Assembly: GCA_913043225.1 (NCBI GenBank)
Contig: CAJWLU010000002.1
Coordinates: 91,457-155,456 of the forward strand
Source: an uncultured Acidobacteriota bacterium
GTDB lineage: Bacteria > Acidobacteriota > Vicinamibacteria > Vicinamibacterales > UBA8438
Direction of reading: 5' to 3'
DNA length: 64,000 nucleotides
Shown here: one piece after another, positions 26,517-35,482 of the stretch
Position numbering within the stretch: position 1 is the first letter of the stretch
How the letters are laid out: each line of letters begins with the position of its first letter
Notes under the pieces: model-generated
Told to the model about the DNA's origin: nothing
The model's database searches: none
The model's input: only the letters and a program-made list of their open reading frames with translations
Made by a program: the position numbers and the translations under genes

Positions 26517-28844
26517 CTAGTTCCTGAGTGTTTTCCCTGTCTTCAGCGTGTGACGGATCCGTTCCAGCGTCTTGGCTTCTCCGCACAGTTTAAGGAATGC
26601 CTCGCGCTCGAGGTCGAGCAGGTGCTGTTCGCTCACTGTCGTCGGGTGTGGGAGGTCGCCGCCAGTCATGATCCGAGTGATCTGCCTGGCAATCAGCGCG
26701 TCGTGGTCGCTTATGTGCCCACCTCGCCAGGCCAAATGGACCCCGAGTTCGAGCGTCGCCCGCGTATCTTCGCCGCCGACGAAAACCGTGTTGCGGTGCG
26801 CGGGGGCGCGGTATCCATCATGTACCCGTTCGAGCGCGGTGGCCTTGGCATCCGCCATCAGCCGTTCCCGATTCATGGAGATGCCGTCGACCTCACGGAG
26901 GAGTCCGAGGCGTTGCGCGTCGGCCGCGCTGGTTGAGACCTTGCCGAAGCCGATGAGCTCGAACGCTCGCTGGAGCCGAGGCAGCGGGTCGCCTCCGGGG
27001 ACGGTTGCATCGATCGCCCGAAGCGTTAGCTCCTTCGTCCCACAGCCGGCCGGGATGAGTCCGACGCCGACCTCGACCTGACCCATATAGCTCTCGGCCG
27101 CGGCCTGGACCCGATCGCCGTGCAGGACCATCTCGCATCCGCCCCCGAGGGTCAGCCCGGCCGGTGCCACGACGACCGGCACCTGAGAGTAGCGGAGCCC
27201 AAGGATCGCCTTCTGGAAACCGCGCACCATCAGGTCGATCTCGTCCCAGTTCCCCTCCTGCGCTTCGAGGAGCACCATCATCAGGTTGGCGCCCGCGCAG
27301 AAGTTCACCGCGTTGTTGCCTATCACCAGCGCGGAATACTGTTCGGCTGCCACGCTGATGCCCGCCATCAGCATCTGCACAGTGTCGCCGCCGATGGTGT
27401 TCATCTTGGAGTGGAACTCGACGGCGAGCACCCCGTCGCCGAGGTCAACAAGACTGGCTCCGCTGTTCTTCCGCACCACGTCCCGCTCGGCTCTGGCCGT
27501 GGCCAGGAGCTGAAGTTCTGGACCCGCCGGCCCAAGGTCGCCTTCGCGAAACCGGCGCCGGGCCTGATCCGAGCCGCGGGGTGCCAGACCCGCCCATTCC
27601 AGGGTGGCTGCCGGGAGGTCGGTTTCGCCACCAGCGTCCAGCACAGTGTCGAGGCCGATCGCGTCCATCAGCTCGAACGGTCCACGTTCCCAACCGAATC
27701 CCCAGCGAAGGGCGCGGTCGACGTCATCCGGGCTGTGGGCGATATCTGGGCCGATCTGCGCGGTGTAGAGCAGCGTCTTCCCGAGGGTGGCGCGCATGAA
27801 TTCGCCCACCGGATCGCGACCGTTGAACAAGATTTGGACCCGTTCACCAAGATCTTCAATAGATCGGGCCGCATCGATCGCGCCTAGGCGAGCCGACTGA
27901 CGCTCGCGATACTCCATGGTGGAGGGGTCCAGGGCGAGGATGGTCGTCCCCTCCGGGTCGCGCTGCTTCTTGTAGAATCCCTGACCGCCCTTTTCACCGG
28001 TCCAACCCTTTTCGACTAGCGAGCTCACGAGTTCCGGGAGGACGAACGCTTCCCGTTCTGGCGATTCGAGCCGAGTCACCAGGTCGGCGGTGACGTGCGC
28101 GAGGATGTCGATGCCCGCAATGTCCATCGTGCGGAAGGTCGCGCTCTTGGGGCGGCCCAGGGCGGGTCCCGTCATCGCGTCGATCTGTTCGATGGTGTAC
28201 TTGCCGGTTGCCAGTTCATCCAGCGCCCGGGCTACGCCGAAGAGCCCGATGCGATTGGCGATGAAGCTCGGGGTGTCCTTCGCGATGACCACGCCCTTGC
28301 CCAGCTGACGATCGACGAAGTCGGAGATCGTGGTCACGATGGTGGGATCGGTGTCCGGGGTAGGGATAACTTCGACTAGGCGAAGGTAGCGGGGGGGGTT
28401 GAAGAAATGGGTGCCGAGCCAGCGGCGACGGAATCCTTCGCTGCGTCCCTCGGCGATGGCGCCGATCGGGATACCCGAGGTGTTCGAGCTAACGATAGCG
28501 TCGGGGCGGCGATGGCCGTCCACCCGTTCGAGCAGGGCCTGCTTGATCTCGAGGCGCTCCACGATCGCTTCCACGATCCAGTCGCACTCGCCGAGAGTCT
28601 CCAGATCCTCGTCGAAGCCGCCAAGTCTGATGCGGCGCTTGAGATCGCGGGAGAAGAAGGGGTTCGGACTGAGCTTCGCGGCGCGGTCGAGGCCGCCCGC
28701 GGCGGTAGCGCGGTCGAGGTCGAGCAGGAGTACCTCGATGCCGACGTTGGCAAGATGGGCCGCAATCTGTGCGCCCATGGTGCCGGCGCCCAGCACAGCC
28801 ACGGAGCGAATGGGGGGGGCGGTTACGTCGGTAGTGCCGGTCAT
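26517..28844 (-). CDS. fadN: Bifunctional 3-hydroxyacyl-CoA dehydrogenase / enoyl-CoA hydratase (FadN arrangement)
   Basis: N-terminal NAD fold VAVLGAGTMGAQIAAHLA and a C-terminal crotonase fold; 775 aa. Confidence 0.9.
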   Translation of the reverse strand: MTGTTDVTAPPIRSVAVLGAGTMGAQIAAHLANVGIEVLLLDLDRATAAGGLDRAAKLSPNPFFSRDLKRRIRLGGFDEDLETLGECDWIVEAIVERLEIKQALLERVDGHRRPDAIVSSNTSGIPIGAIAEGRSEGFRRRWLGTHFFNPPRYLRLVEVIPTPDTDPTIVTTISDFVDRQLGKGVVIAKDTPSFIANRIGLFGVARALDELATGKYTIEQIDAMTGPALGRPKSATFRTMDIAGIDILAHVTADLVTRLESPEREAFVLPELVSSLVEKGWTGEKGGQGFYKKQRDPEGTTILALDPSTMEYRERQSARLGAIDAARSIEDLGERVQILFNGRDPVGEFMRATLGKTLLYTAQIGPDIAHSPDDVDRALRWGFGWERGPFELMDAIGLDTVLDAGGETDLPAATLEWAGLAPRGSDQARRRFREGDLGPAGPELQLLATARAERDVVRKNSGASLVDLGDGVLAVEFHSKMNTIGGDTVQMLMAGISVAAEQYSALVIGNNAVNFCAGANLMMVLLEAQEGNWDEIDLMVRGFQKAILGLRYSQVPVVVAPAGLTLGGGCEMVLHGDRVQAAAESYMGQVEVGVGLIPAGCGTKELTLRAIDATVPGGDPLPRLQRAFELIGFGKVSTSAADAQRLGLLREVDGISMNRERLMADAKATALERVHDGYRAPAHRNTVFVGGEDTRATLELGVHLAWRGGHISDHDALIARQITRIMTGGDLPHPTTVSEQHLLDLEREAFLKLCGEAKTLERIRHTLKTGKTLRN

Positions 28845-29461
28845 CGCTTCCTCAGTCCCTGCACGAAGAGGTCGACGACGTCGTCGGCCTGCGCCACGAG
28901 CCGATACCGGCGGCGGCTGAGAATCCAGTTGGTTGCCATTTCGTCGAGTGCGCCGTAGAACATCTTGGCCGCGAGCATGGCACTGGCCTCGGGCCGGAAC
29001 GTTCCTTCATGCTGTGCACCAGTAATTGCGTCCCTGATCGCGTTCAAATAGTCCTGGAGGAGCGTCGAGGAGAACCGCTCCATGAACTTCGTGGACTGCC
29101 GCAGTTCGACCTGAAACACCACCGCCATATCCCGATCGCGCCCCAGATGCCCCAGGTGCACCCGGGCCAGCCGATGCAGTCGTTCGACCGGATCGGCTAC
29201 ACCTTTGAGCGAGGCGTTGGCCTCGGCCATCGCTTCCTGCATCCGTTGCTCGAAGATCGAGATCAGTAGATCGTCTTTATTCTCAAAGTACAGATACACC
29301 GTGCCTGCTGCCACGCCGGCCTCCTTGGCGACGTCGGCTACCTGGGCATGGAAGAACCCTCGTCGGGCGAAGAGCTTGGTTGCGGCGCGCAGAATCAGCT
29401 CCCGCTTGTCGGCGGTGGAGGGTTGACGGACGGCGCGACGGCTGGTGGAAGCAATGGGCAT
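28841..29461 (-). CDS. fadR: TetR-family regulator (FadR/YsiA-like), first gene of the beta-oxidation operon
   Basis: TetR HTH: ILRAATKLFARRGFFHAQVADVAKEAGVAAGTVYLYFENKDDLL. The stop overlaps the fadN start. Confidence 0.85.
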   Translation of the reverse strand: MPIASTSRRAVRQPSTADKRELILRAATKLFARRGFFHAQVADVAKEAGVAAGTVYLYFENKDDLLISIFEQRMQEAMAEANASLKGVADPVERLHRLARVHLGHLGRDRDMAVVFQVELRQSTKFMERFSSTLLQDYLNAIRDAITGAQHEGTFRPEASAMLAAKMFYGALDEMATNWILSRRRYRLVAQADDVVDLFVQGLRKR

Positions 29462-29469
29462 GGCGACGT

Positions 29470-29491
29470 AATGAATGAATGTTCATTCATT
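29470..29491. promoter_or_regulatory. Operator candidate: 10-bp perfect inverted repeat AATGAATGAA-tg-TTCATTCATT
   Basis: Read directly from the sequence, 9 nt upstream of the TetR start codon. An extra half-site AATATTCATT follows at 29492-29501. It resembles the Bacillus FadR box (TGAATGA..TCATTCA), as I recall it. Confidence 0.65.
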
Positions 29492-29498
29492 AATATTC

Positions 29499-29528
29499 AT
29501 TGTGGCAACCCCTTGCGGCGATTGTCAA
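29499..29528 (-). promoter_or_regulatory. Candidate sigma-70-type promoter of the fad operon (TTGACA-N18-CACAAT)
   Basis: On the minus strand, -35 TTGACA is at 29528-29523 and -10 CACAAT at 29504-29499. The operator begins immediately downstream. Confidence 0.4.
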
Positions 29529-29555
29529 GCAGGCACCGCTGCGGTGTCCGGGCAC

Positions 29556-29583
29556 AAAAAAAGCGCGCTGTTAGCGCCGCCCG
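29556..29583 (-). terminator. Intrinsic terminator candidate after the TPR gene
   Basis: The minus-strand RNA is GGCGGCGCU-AAC-AGCGCGC followed by U7 (an A7 run at 29556-29562 on the plus strand). Confidence 0.5.
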
Positions 29584-29671
29584 AGACAGGGGGACAATCA
29601 CGGCGGTCTATCCGTTGTCGCTTGGCCGTTCAGGGGGGCGACGAACGGTGCCCGCGTGCAGCGGGGGGATG

Positions 29672-30670
29672 CTAGGGGAGCGCGTCCAGAGTTGCCCTGG
29701 CCTGGGCACCTTCCTCCGAGTCCGGGGCCTTCTCGACGACCTGTTCGAAGAATCCCTTCGCCGTCGGGATATCGCCTTTGTTCAGGGCGACCAGAGCCAG
29801 TTTAAAGAGCGGCTTTTCCCAGTTTGGGTCAGCCTGGTTCGCCTGTTCGTAGTAATCCTTGGCGTTGTCGACCTCGCCCTTGGCGAACTCGACTTCGCCA
29901 AGGTTGTAGAGGTCTTCGCGTGAGGCGGTGCCGGTCTCGGCGAGAATCGACCCGGCGCCTTCGAAGTCGCCCATCGCCATCCGAACGCGCGCGATCTGTG
30001 GGTTGACGACGCTGGCTACGCCGGGGTCGGCCGCTATTGCGGTCTCGTAGGCGGCGATCGCCTCTTCGTTCTGTCCCTGTTCGAGGTGCGAGTTACCGAT
30101 CATGATGTGCGCGTCGGTATAGGCCTGGAACTTGGCGAGAATCGCCTCGAAGGAGGAAATCGCCTCAGCCCACTCTTCGTTTTCGTATGCAGCGTTCGCT
30201 GCATCGATTTCCGCCTGGAGCGCCTCAGGATCCACATCGCCCAGCGCTTCGCTGCCATAGCGGAGTTCGAGTTGGCTGAGCACGCGGTCCATCTTGACCT
30301 CGATGTCCGGGTTGCGTCCTTGGCGGATCCGGATGCGGCCAGGATTCGGCTGGAAGCCGTCGGCCTCGGCCGACACGCTCCACTGTCCGCTGTTGAGACC
30401 TAGCATGGTGAAGCCACCGACGCCGTCGGTCTGCTGCTCGAGGCGAGGGGGGTTGGCTTCAGGGTTCTCGAGAACTACCGTGGCGTTGGGGATCGGCTCG
30501 CCCGTTTCACTGTTGATCACCTTACCGGCGAGCATTCCGCCTTGTGCCGCGGCGGTTGCGGTCGCGAAACTGAACACGAGCGTCACGAGCATGCAGGATC
30601 TGAGGAACTGGCGCATGAGCATCTCCTGGGGCTGCAGACCGCGGAGAATTGCCGCGGTAAGTACCGTCAC
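29672..30670 (-). CDS. Exported CarboxypepD_reg-like + TPR protein
   Basis: Signal peptide; GKVINSETGEPIPNATVVLE (carboxypeptidase regulatory-like beta-sandwich); C-terminal TPR repeats. Confidence 0.75.
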   Translation of the reverse strand: MTVLTAAILRGLQPQEMLMRQFLRSCMLVTLVFSFATATAAAQGGMLAGKVINSETGEPIPNATVVLENPEANPPRLEQQTDGVGGFTMLGLNSGQWSVSAEADGFQPNPGRIRIRQGRNPDIEVKMDRVLSQLELRYGSEALGDVDPEALQAEIDAANAAYENEEWAEAISSFEAILAKFQAYTDAHIMIGNSHLEQGQNEEAIAAYETAIAADPGVASVVNPQIARVRMAMGDFEGAGSILAETGTASREDLYNLGEVEFAKGEVDNAKDYYEQANQADPNWEKPLFKLALVALNKGDIPTAKGFFEQVVEKAPDSEEGAQARATLDALP

Positions 30671-30723
30671 GATTATAGACTACAGCGTGCGTTCCGGTGC
30701 CAGGCTGCGGCAATCCGCCGTCG

Positions 30724-31347
30724 TCAGTCGAGGCCGCTCAGCGCGGCTTGCGCCTCGGTGTTTTCTGGGTCCGCTTCGAGCGCCTGGCGGAAGGCGGCTC
30801 GCGCTTCTTCGGGGCGCTCCTGGGCCAAGAACGCGTGGCCGATGCTGAGGTGAAGGCTCGTCATCGCCGGAGCTTCTTCCAGCACCTCACGGTAGCGTTG
30901 GATCGCCGCCTCATACTGGCCTTCGTCGAACTGGGCATCGGCCTCGTCCAGCGCTGCGGCCAACTCGCTGGCCTTGAGCCCAGCGAGCACACCTGAATCT
31001 GGAGCGGGGGGGTTGAACAGATCGCGATCCATGGTGAAGGTGACCCGCGTAGCCGGACCTGAGGAGCGTACGCCCACGAACCCCTGTACCGGCTCGAAGC
31101 CGTCGGCCGAGATGGCGAAGAGCCACTCGCCACGGTTCAGGCCGATGAACATGAAACGCCCCTCAGGGTTGGTGACCGCAGTCTGACTGGCCTGCGACAC
31201 CAGACTCTCGGCTGAGATCGAGGCGCCCTCGACCCCGTTTCCGTCTCGGTCTCGCACGACCCCGCGTACCCGTCCCTGAGCGGCTGCCTCGGCGGTGAAT
31301 CCCAGGACTAGCGCGGCGACGACGACCCCTAGGCTGAATCGCGGCAT
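30724..31347 (-). CDS. Exported CarboxypepD_reg-like + TPR protein (shorter tandem paralog)
   Basis: ATG 31347 is preceded by GGAGGGAG. Signal peptide MPRFSLGVVVAALVLGFTAEAAAQ, then RVRGVVRDRDGNGVEGASI and TPR repeats. The ORF track extends to 31572. Confidence 0.7.
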   Translation of the reverse strand: MPRFSLGVVVAALVLGFTAEAAAQGRVRGVVRDRDGNGVEGASISAESLVSQASQTAVTNPEGRFMFIGLNRGEWLFAISADGFEPVQGFVGVRSSGPATRVTFTMDRDLFNPPAPDSGVLAGLKASELAAALDEADAQFDEGQYEAAIQRYREVLEEAPAMTSLHLSIGHAFLAQERPEEARAAFRQALEADPENTEAQAALSGLD

Positions 31348-31401
31348 GCTGACTCCCTCCGTGCGAGGGACGGACCGGTATAGTGCCGGGTGACCCGAAA
31401 G

Positions 31402-31407
31402 TATAAT
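31402..31407 (+). promoter_or_regulatory. Candidate -10 box (TATAAT) for a leaderless transcript
   Basis: A perfect TATAAT lies 6 nt upstream of the in-frame GTG 31414, with no SD. Confidence 0.3.
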
Positions 31408-31413
31408 CCGATC

Positions 31414-33756
31414 GTGCCCCTCCAGATCCAGCGTCGACTGCACTTTGGGCGGTGTCTGGTCCTGGTCTGTCTGGGCTGGCTCCTTGTCGCCTCTGTTTCT
31501 ACACCGGCCCGCGCCCAGATCGATGAGGAGCGTCTTGACCTCATCGACGGATTGATCCTGGAAGCGATCCAAGACGGGAACCTACCTGGCGCGGTTGTCC
31601 TGGTGGGCCATCAGGGGGAAGTGGTCTATCGTCGGGCGTTTGGCGAGCGGAACGTCGTGGGCGTCCGCGAGCCGATGACGCTCGACACGATCTTCGACAT
31701 TGCGTCGCTGACCAAGGTGGTGGCCACCACCAGCGCCGTGATGACGATGGTCGAGGATGGTCGGCTCCGGCTACGTGACCGTGTCGCCAACCACTTGCCT
31801 AACTTTGACCGACACGGCAAGGGCCCGATCACGATCGAGCATCTCCTGACACATACCTCAGGGTTGCGTCCCGATCTCCCGCTCGAGGAGGTCTTTCTCG
31901 GGGCAGACGAGGCCGTCGCCAGGATGCTTGAGGAGTTGCCCGAGGCTGCCCCCGGCGAGCGGTTCATCTATAGCGACCTGAACTTCATGCTTCTTGCCGA
32001 GATCGTGGAGCGTGTTGCTGAGATGCCGTTCGAGGAATTCGTTCGAGAACGCGTCTTCGAACCGCTGGGGATGCGAGACACCATGTTTCTTCCTTCGGCC
32101 TCGCTGACATCCCGAATTGCCCCCACCGAACCTTGCGTTCCGCTGGCCTGGCCCTGCGGAGGACCGGGTGCTGAGATGCTGCGCGGACGGGTGCATGACC
32201 CGACCGCACGCCGCATGGAGGGCGTGGCCGGCCACGCGGGGCTGTTTTCCACCGCCGATGACCTGGCTCGGTTTTCACTCATGCTGCTCGGGGGCGGCGA
32301 ACTGGACGGAAACAGGGTGTTGAGCGGGGCATCAGTGGCTCGCATGACCGAGGTGTCTACGCCGCTGGGCATGGCTGATCGTCGTGGTCTGGGTTGGGAC
32401 ATCGACTCACGCTTCTCGTCCAACCGAGGTGCGCTGTTCGGGACCGGTTCGTTCGGACATACCGGCTTTACCGGTACCTCGCTCTGGTTGGATCCGGCAT
32501 CGGGAACCTTCGTCGTGTTTCTTTCCCACCGTGTACATCCGGACGGGGAGGGGACCGTGACGGCCTTGCGAGGGAGGGTGGCGACGGTGGCGGCCTCGGC
32601 CATCAGAGACCGGCCCTTCCGAGTGGCCCCGCGCGTGTCGGCCGGGGTGGACGTGCTCCGAGACCGAGGGTTCGACCGGCTAGCCGGACAGCGGGTTGGG
32701 TTGGTGACGAACCAGACCGGCCAGACACGCGACGGCCGTTCGACCATCGACCTGTTCCACGACGCGCCGGACGTTGACCTGCACGTGTTGTTCAGTCCAG
32801 AGCATGGCATTCGCGGGGCTGAGGACGGTCCAGTGGCGTCCGGCCGGGACGCGCGAACTGGACTACCGGTCCACTCGCTCTACGGTGACACTCGTCGACC
32901 CACGACTGAAGCGCTGGACGGGCTGGACACCTTGGTGGTTGATCTGCAGGACGTCGGAGCGCGTTTCTACACGTACGCCGCCACGACTGCCTACGTGCTC
33001 GAGGCGGCGGCGCGGCATGGACTCCGAGTGGTCGTGCTCGACCGCCCGAACCCGATCGGCGGACGAATCGAGGGACCACTCCTCGATGAACGTCATCTCG
33101 GCTTCACCGGTTACGTCTCAGCGCCGACCCGTCATGGCTTGACGCTGGGTGAGTTGGCAAGACTCTTCAATGGCGAGCGTAGCATCGACGCGGAGCTAGA
33201 GGTGGTGCCGGTTCGCGGCTGGACCCGCAACCGGTGGTTTGACGAGACCGGTCTCCGATGGGTAAACCCCTCTCCAAACATGCGGAATCTGCATCAGGCG
33301 TTGCTGTACCCAGGCGTGGGCGGGATCGAAGGGACTAATCTGTCGGTTGGGCGAGGTACCGATACGCCGTTCGAGCAGATCGGCGCACCGTGGATCGATG
33401 GGCCGGTGTTGGCCGAGGCCTTGAACGCGGTCGGGGTTCCCGGGGTGCGCGTGTACCCGCTGAGCTTCACACCCACTGCGAGCCGCTACGCGGGAGAACG
33501 GTGCGGCGGGGTTTTCTTCGTGGTGACCGATCGCGAGCGGTTCGAGCCGGTACGGTTCGGACTTGAGATCGCCGTAGCGCTGTGGCGCCTCCACGGCGAC
33601 ATTTTCGAGCTTGACGCGACCGAGCGGCTGCTCGGGTCGGCCGAGGTCTTGGCGGCGATTGAGCGGGGAACACCAACCTGGGAAATCGCCGCGTCATGGG
33701 CCGAGGGAGAGGCGCGGTGGCGCCGACTTATCGCCCCGTATCTACTCTACGATTGA
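31414..33756 (+). CDS. Fusion protein: class-C beta-lactamase-fold serine hydrolase + DUF1343/NamZ-like exo-muramidase
   Basis: The N-terminal half has the SxxK motif (IASLTKVV) and HTSGL. The C-terminal half (RVGLVTNQTGQTRDGRSTIDLF...FSPEHG...DLQDVGARFYTY) is DUF1343. The ORF opens at GTG 31390, so the start is uncertain. Confidence 0.8.
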   Translation: MPLQIQRRLHFGRCLVLVCLGWLLVASVSTPARAQIDEERLDLIDGLILEAIQDGNLPGAVVLVGHQGEVVYRRAFGERNVVGVREPMTLDTIFDIASLTKVVATTSAVMTMVEDGRLRLRDRVANHLPNFDRHGKGPITIEHLLTHTSGLRPDLPLEEVFLGADEAVARMLEELPEAAPGERFIYSDLNFMLLAEIVERVAEMPFEEFVRERVFEPLGMRDTMFLPSASLTSRIAPTEPCVPLAWPCGGPGAEMLRGRVHDPTARRMEGVAGHAGLFSTADDLARFSLMLLGGGELDGNRVLSGASVARMTEVSTPLGMADRRGLGWDIDSRFSSNRGALFGTGSFGHTGFTGTSLWLDPASGTFVVFLSHRVHPDGEGTVTALRGRVATVAASAIRDRPFRVAPRVSAGVDVLRDRGFDRLAGQRVGLVTNQTGQTRDGRSTIDLFHDAPDVDLHVLFSPEHGIRGAEDGPVASGRDARTGLPVHSLYGDTRRPTTEALDGLDTLVVDLQDVGARFYTYAATTAYVLEAAARHGLRVVVLDRPNPIGGRIEGPLLDERHLGFTGYVSAPTRHGLTLGELARLFNGERSIDAELEVVPVRGWTRNRWFDETGLRWVNPSPNMRNLHQALLYPGVGGIEGTNLSVGRGTDTPFEQIGAPWIDGPVLAEALNAVGVPGVRVYPLSFTPTASRYAGERCGGVFFVVTDRERFEPVRFGLEIAVALWRLHGDIFELDATERLLGSAEVLAAIERGTPTWEIAASWAEGEARWRRLIAPYLLYD

Positions 33757-35004
33757 GGCGTGGTGCGGTTTGCCGTTCGACGGCGACTCGGCCTCGGCGC
33801 TTTGCTTGGTCAGATACATTGCCTCGTCCGCTTCCCGGATGCGGTTCATGATGTCGTCGTCGTGTGTTTCGACGTCCGAGCATCCGACACTGAGTCCAAC
33901 TCCGGTCGGGAGCCCAGAAGTTGCCAGCGCTTCCCTGAACGACCGGCGCAGGTCCGCGCCCTTCTTTCGTGCCTCGTCGAGGTTGCACGAGAGCAGCAGT
34001 AGAAACTCGTCCCCGCCCCAGCGAAAGACGTAGTCCGATTCACGCACGTTGCGCCGAAGGAAAAGCGCGACATACTCGAGCAGCCGGTCGCCTGCCTCGT
34101 GCCCGAGGGAGTCGTTCACCATCTTGAAGTGATCGATGTCGATGAACAGGATCGACAGCGGCACGTCATAGCGCTGTTGCCGCTGAAGCTCTCGTTTGAT
34201 CACTTCATGAAAGAACCGACGGTTGTGGCAGCCGGTCAGCGCGTCGGTGATGGCCATCTCCCGCAGTTCCGCCTGGGTCTCCTGCAGGCGCCGGTTGGCG
34301 AGTCGAAGCTCGAAGGTCATCTCTTCGAAGACCAGCAAGTGCATGCCTAGCGCCGCGAACAGAAACAGGAGCCCGTTGACCACGATCAGCTCGGATGGGA
34401 CCGTCGCAGCCAACCCACGGACGAGGGTGATCCCGATCCAGGTCTGGGTGACCGCGGCCAGCAACAGGGCTACCCCGATGACGCCGGCGCCCAGCAGTTG
34501 CGTCCGCTGCAGTATGCCCAGGTAGGCCAACCCACCGCCGACGAGCAGCGCCGAGGCGATCAGGTACCCGGGCAACACGGCTTGGGCAGGGTCCAGCGAC
34601 AGCGGGCTGAGCACGCACCACGTCAGCACCGGGATGAACAGGAGGAGATAGCGCCGGCCGGGCCACCGCCGCTCCTTAAACGTGGTGGCGCTCAGCGCGA
34701 TGGCGGCAATTGCCACGAGGGACAGCGCTCGGGCGAGGCCGAATCCAAGGGTGTCGAGCACAGCTGTGCCGTGGTCGCGCCCACTGAGTGTGAGCGATCC
34801 GGTCAGAGAGGCCCACGCTACGACCCACTGCAGGATGTAGAGCCGACGACGGAAGACGTAGAGGAGGGTGACTAGTGCCGAGACCACCATCGTGCCAAGC
34901 ATCCCGAGGTGGGTCGGGTCGGCAATGCCGAAGGCGCCGGCGGGAAACAGCTCTATCTCGTCCACGTGCAGGGCGTGGCAGCACGCCAGCACTAGGCTGG
35001 GCAC
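33742..35004 (-). CDS. Membrane-bound diguanylate cyclase (multi-TM sensor + GGDEF)
   Basis: About 7-8 TM helices followed by DALTGCHNRR...RWGGDEFLLLL. Confidence 0.85.
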   Translation of the reverse strand: MPSLVLACCHALHVDEIELFPAGAFGIADPTHLGMLGTMVVSALVTLLYVFRRRLYILQWVVAWASLTGSLTLSGRDHGTAVLDTLGFGLARALSLVAIAAIALSATTFKERRWPGRRYLLLFIPVLTWCVLSPLSLDPAQAVLPGYLIASALLVGGGLAYLGILQRTQLLGAGVIGVALLLAAVTQTWIGITLVRGLAATVPSELIVVNGLLFLFAALGMHLLVFEEMTFELRLANRRLQETQAELREMAITDALTGCHNRRFFHEVIKRELQRQQRYDVPLSILFIDIDHFKMVNDSLGHEAGDRLLEYVALFLRRNVRESDYVFRWGGDEFLLLLSCNLDEARKKGADLRRSFREALATSGLPTGVGLSVGCSDVETHDDDIMNRIREADEAMYLTKQSAEAESPSNGKPHHASIVE

Positions 35005-35055
35005 CGCCTGGGCTGATCATACGTCGCGCCGGTCCGGCGGAAAGCGGTCGATGCT

Positions 35056-35472
35056 CTAGAGCTGGTAGAGCATCCAGTAGACGATCACGCCAGTCACCGA
35101 AACGTAGAGCCAGATCGGCATGGTCCATCGCGCGATGGCCGCGTGGCGCCGGTCGTCGCGAATGAGGCCCCGGCGAAGGGTGATTAAGGCCAGGGGGAGA
35201 ATCGCGGCAGCCAGGATGATGTGGGAGATCAGGATCGTGAAGTAGACGACCCGGATTGTCCCCTCCTCCGTGAATGGCTGTGAGCCGACCTGCGCGTGGT
35301 AGATGAGGTAGGAGATCAAGAACAGGGTCGAGACACCAAAGGCGGCCAGCATGCAGCGACGGTGAAGCTCAATTTGGCGACGGGTGATCAGGACCCATCC
35401 GGCGGTTAGCAGCAACGCCGCGATACCGTTAAGGGTGGCGTTGAGCACGGGCAACTGGTTGACTTCGAGCAT
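35056..35472 (-). CDS. DUF420 (CtaM-like) membrane protein
   Basis: LPVLNATLNGIAALLLTAGWVLI...HRRCMLAAFGVSTLFLISYLIYH is typical of DUF420. ATG 35472 lies just downstream of the ctaB stop. Confidence 0.75.
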   Translation of the reverse strand: MLEVNQLPVLNATLNGIAALLLTAGWVLITRRQIELHRRCMLAAFGVSTLFLISYLIYHAQVGSQPFTEEGTIRVVYFTILISHIILAAAILPLALITLRRGLIRDDRRHAAIARWTMPIWLYVSVTGVIVYWMLYQL

Positions 35473-35482
35473 GGCGATTAGC

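Noticed and set aside
28391-28398. Homopolymeric G/C tracts: G8 at 28391-28398 and 28812-28819, G9 at 36382-36390 and G10 at 61576-61585. These were considered as phase-variation switches.
   Set aside because: The coding ones simply encode Pro-Pro(-Pro) with the CCC codon favoured in this GC-rich genome. G8 runs also occur in the housekeeping fadN gene. Without population data there is no evidence of length variation. The G9 and G10 tracts are mentioned under other findings only as caveats.
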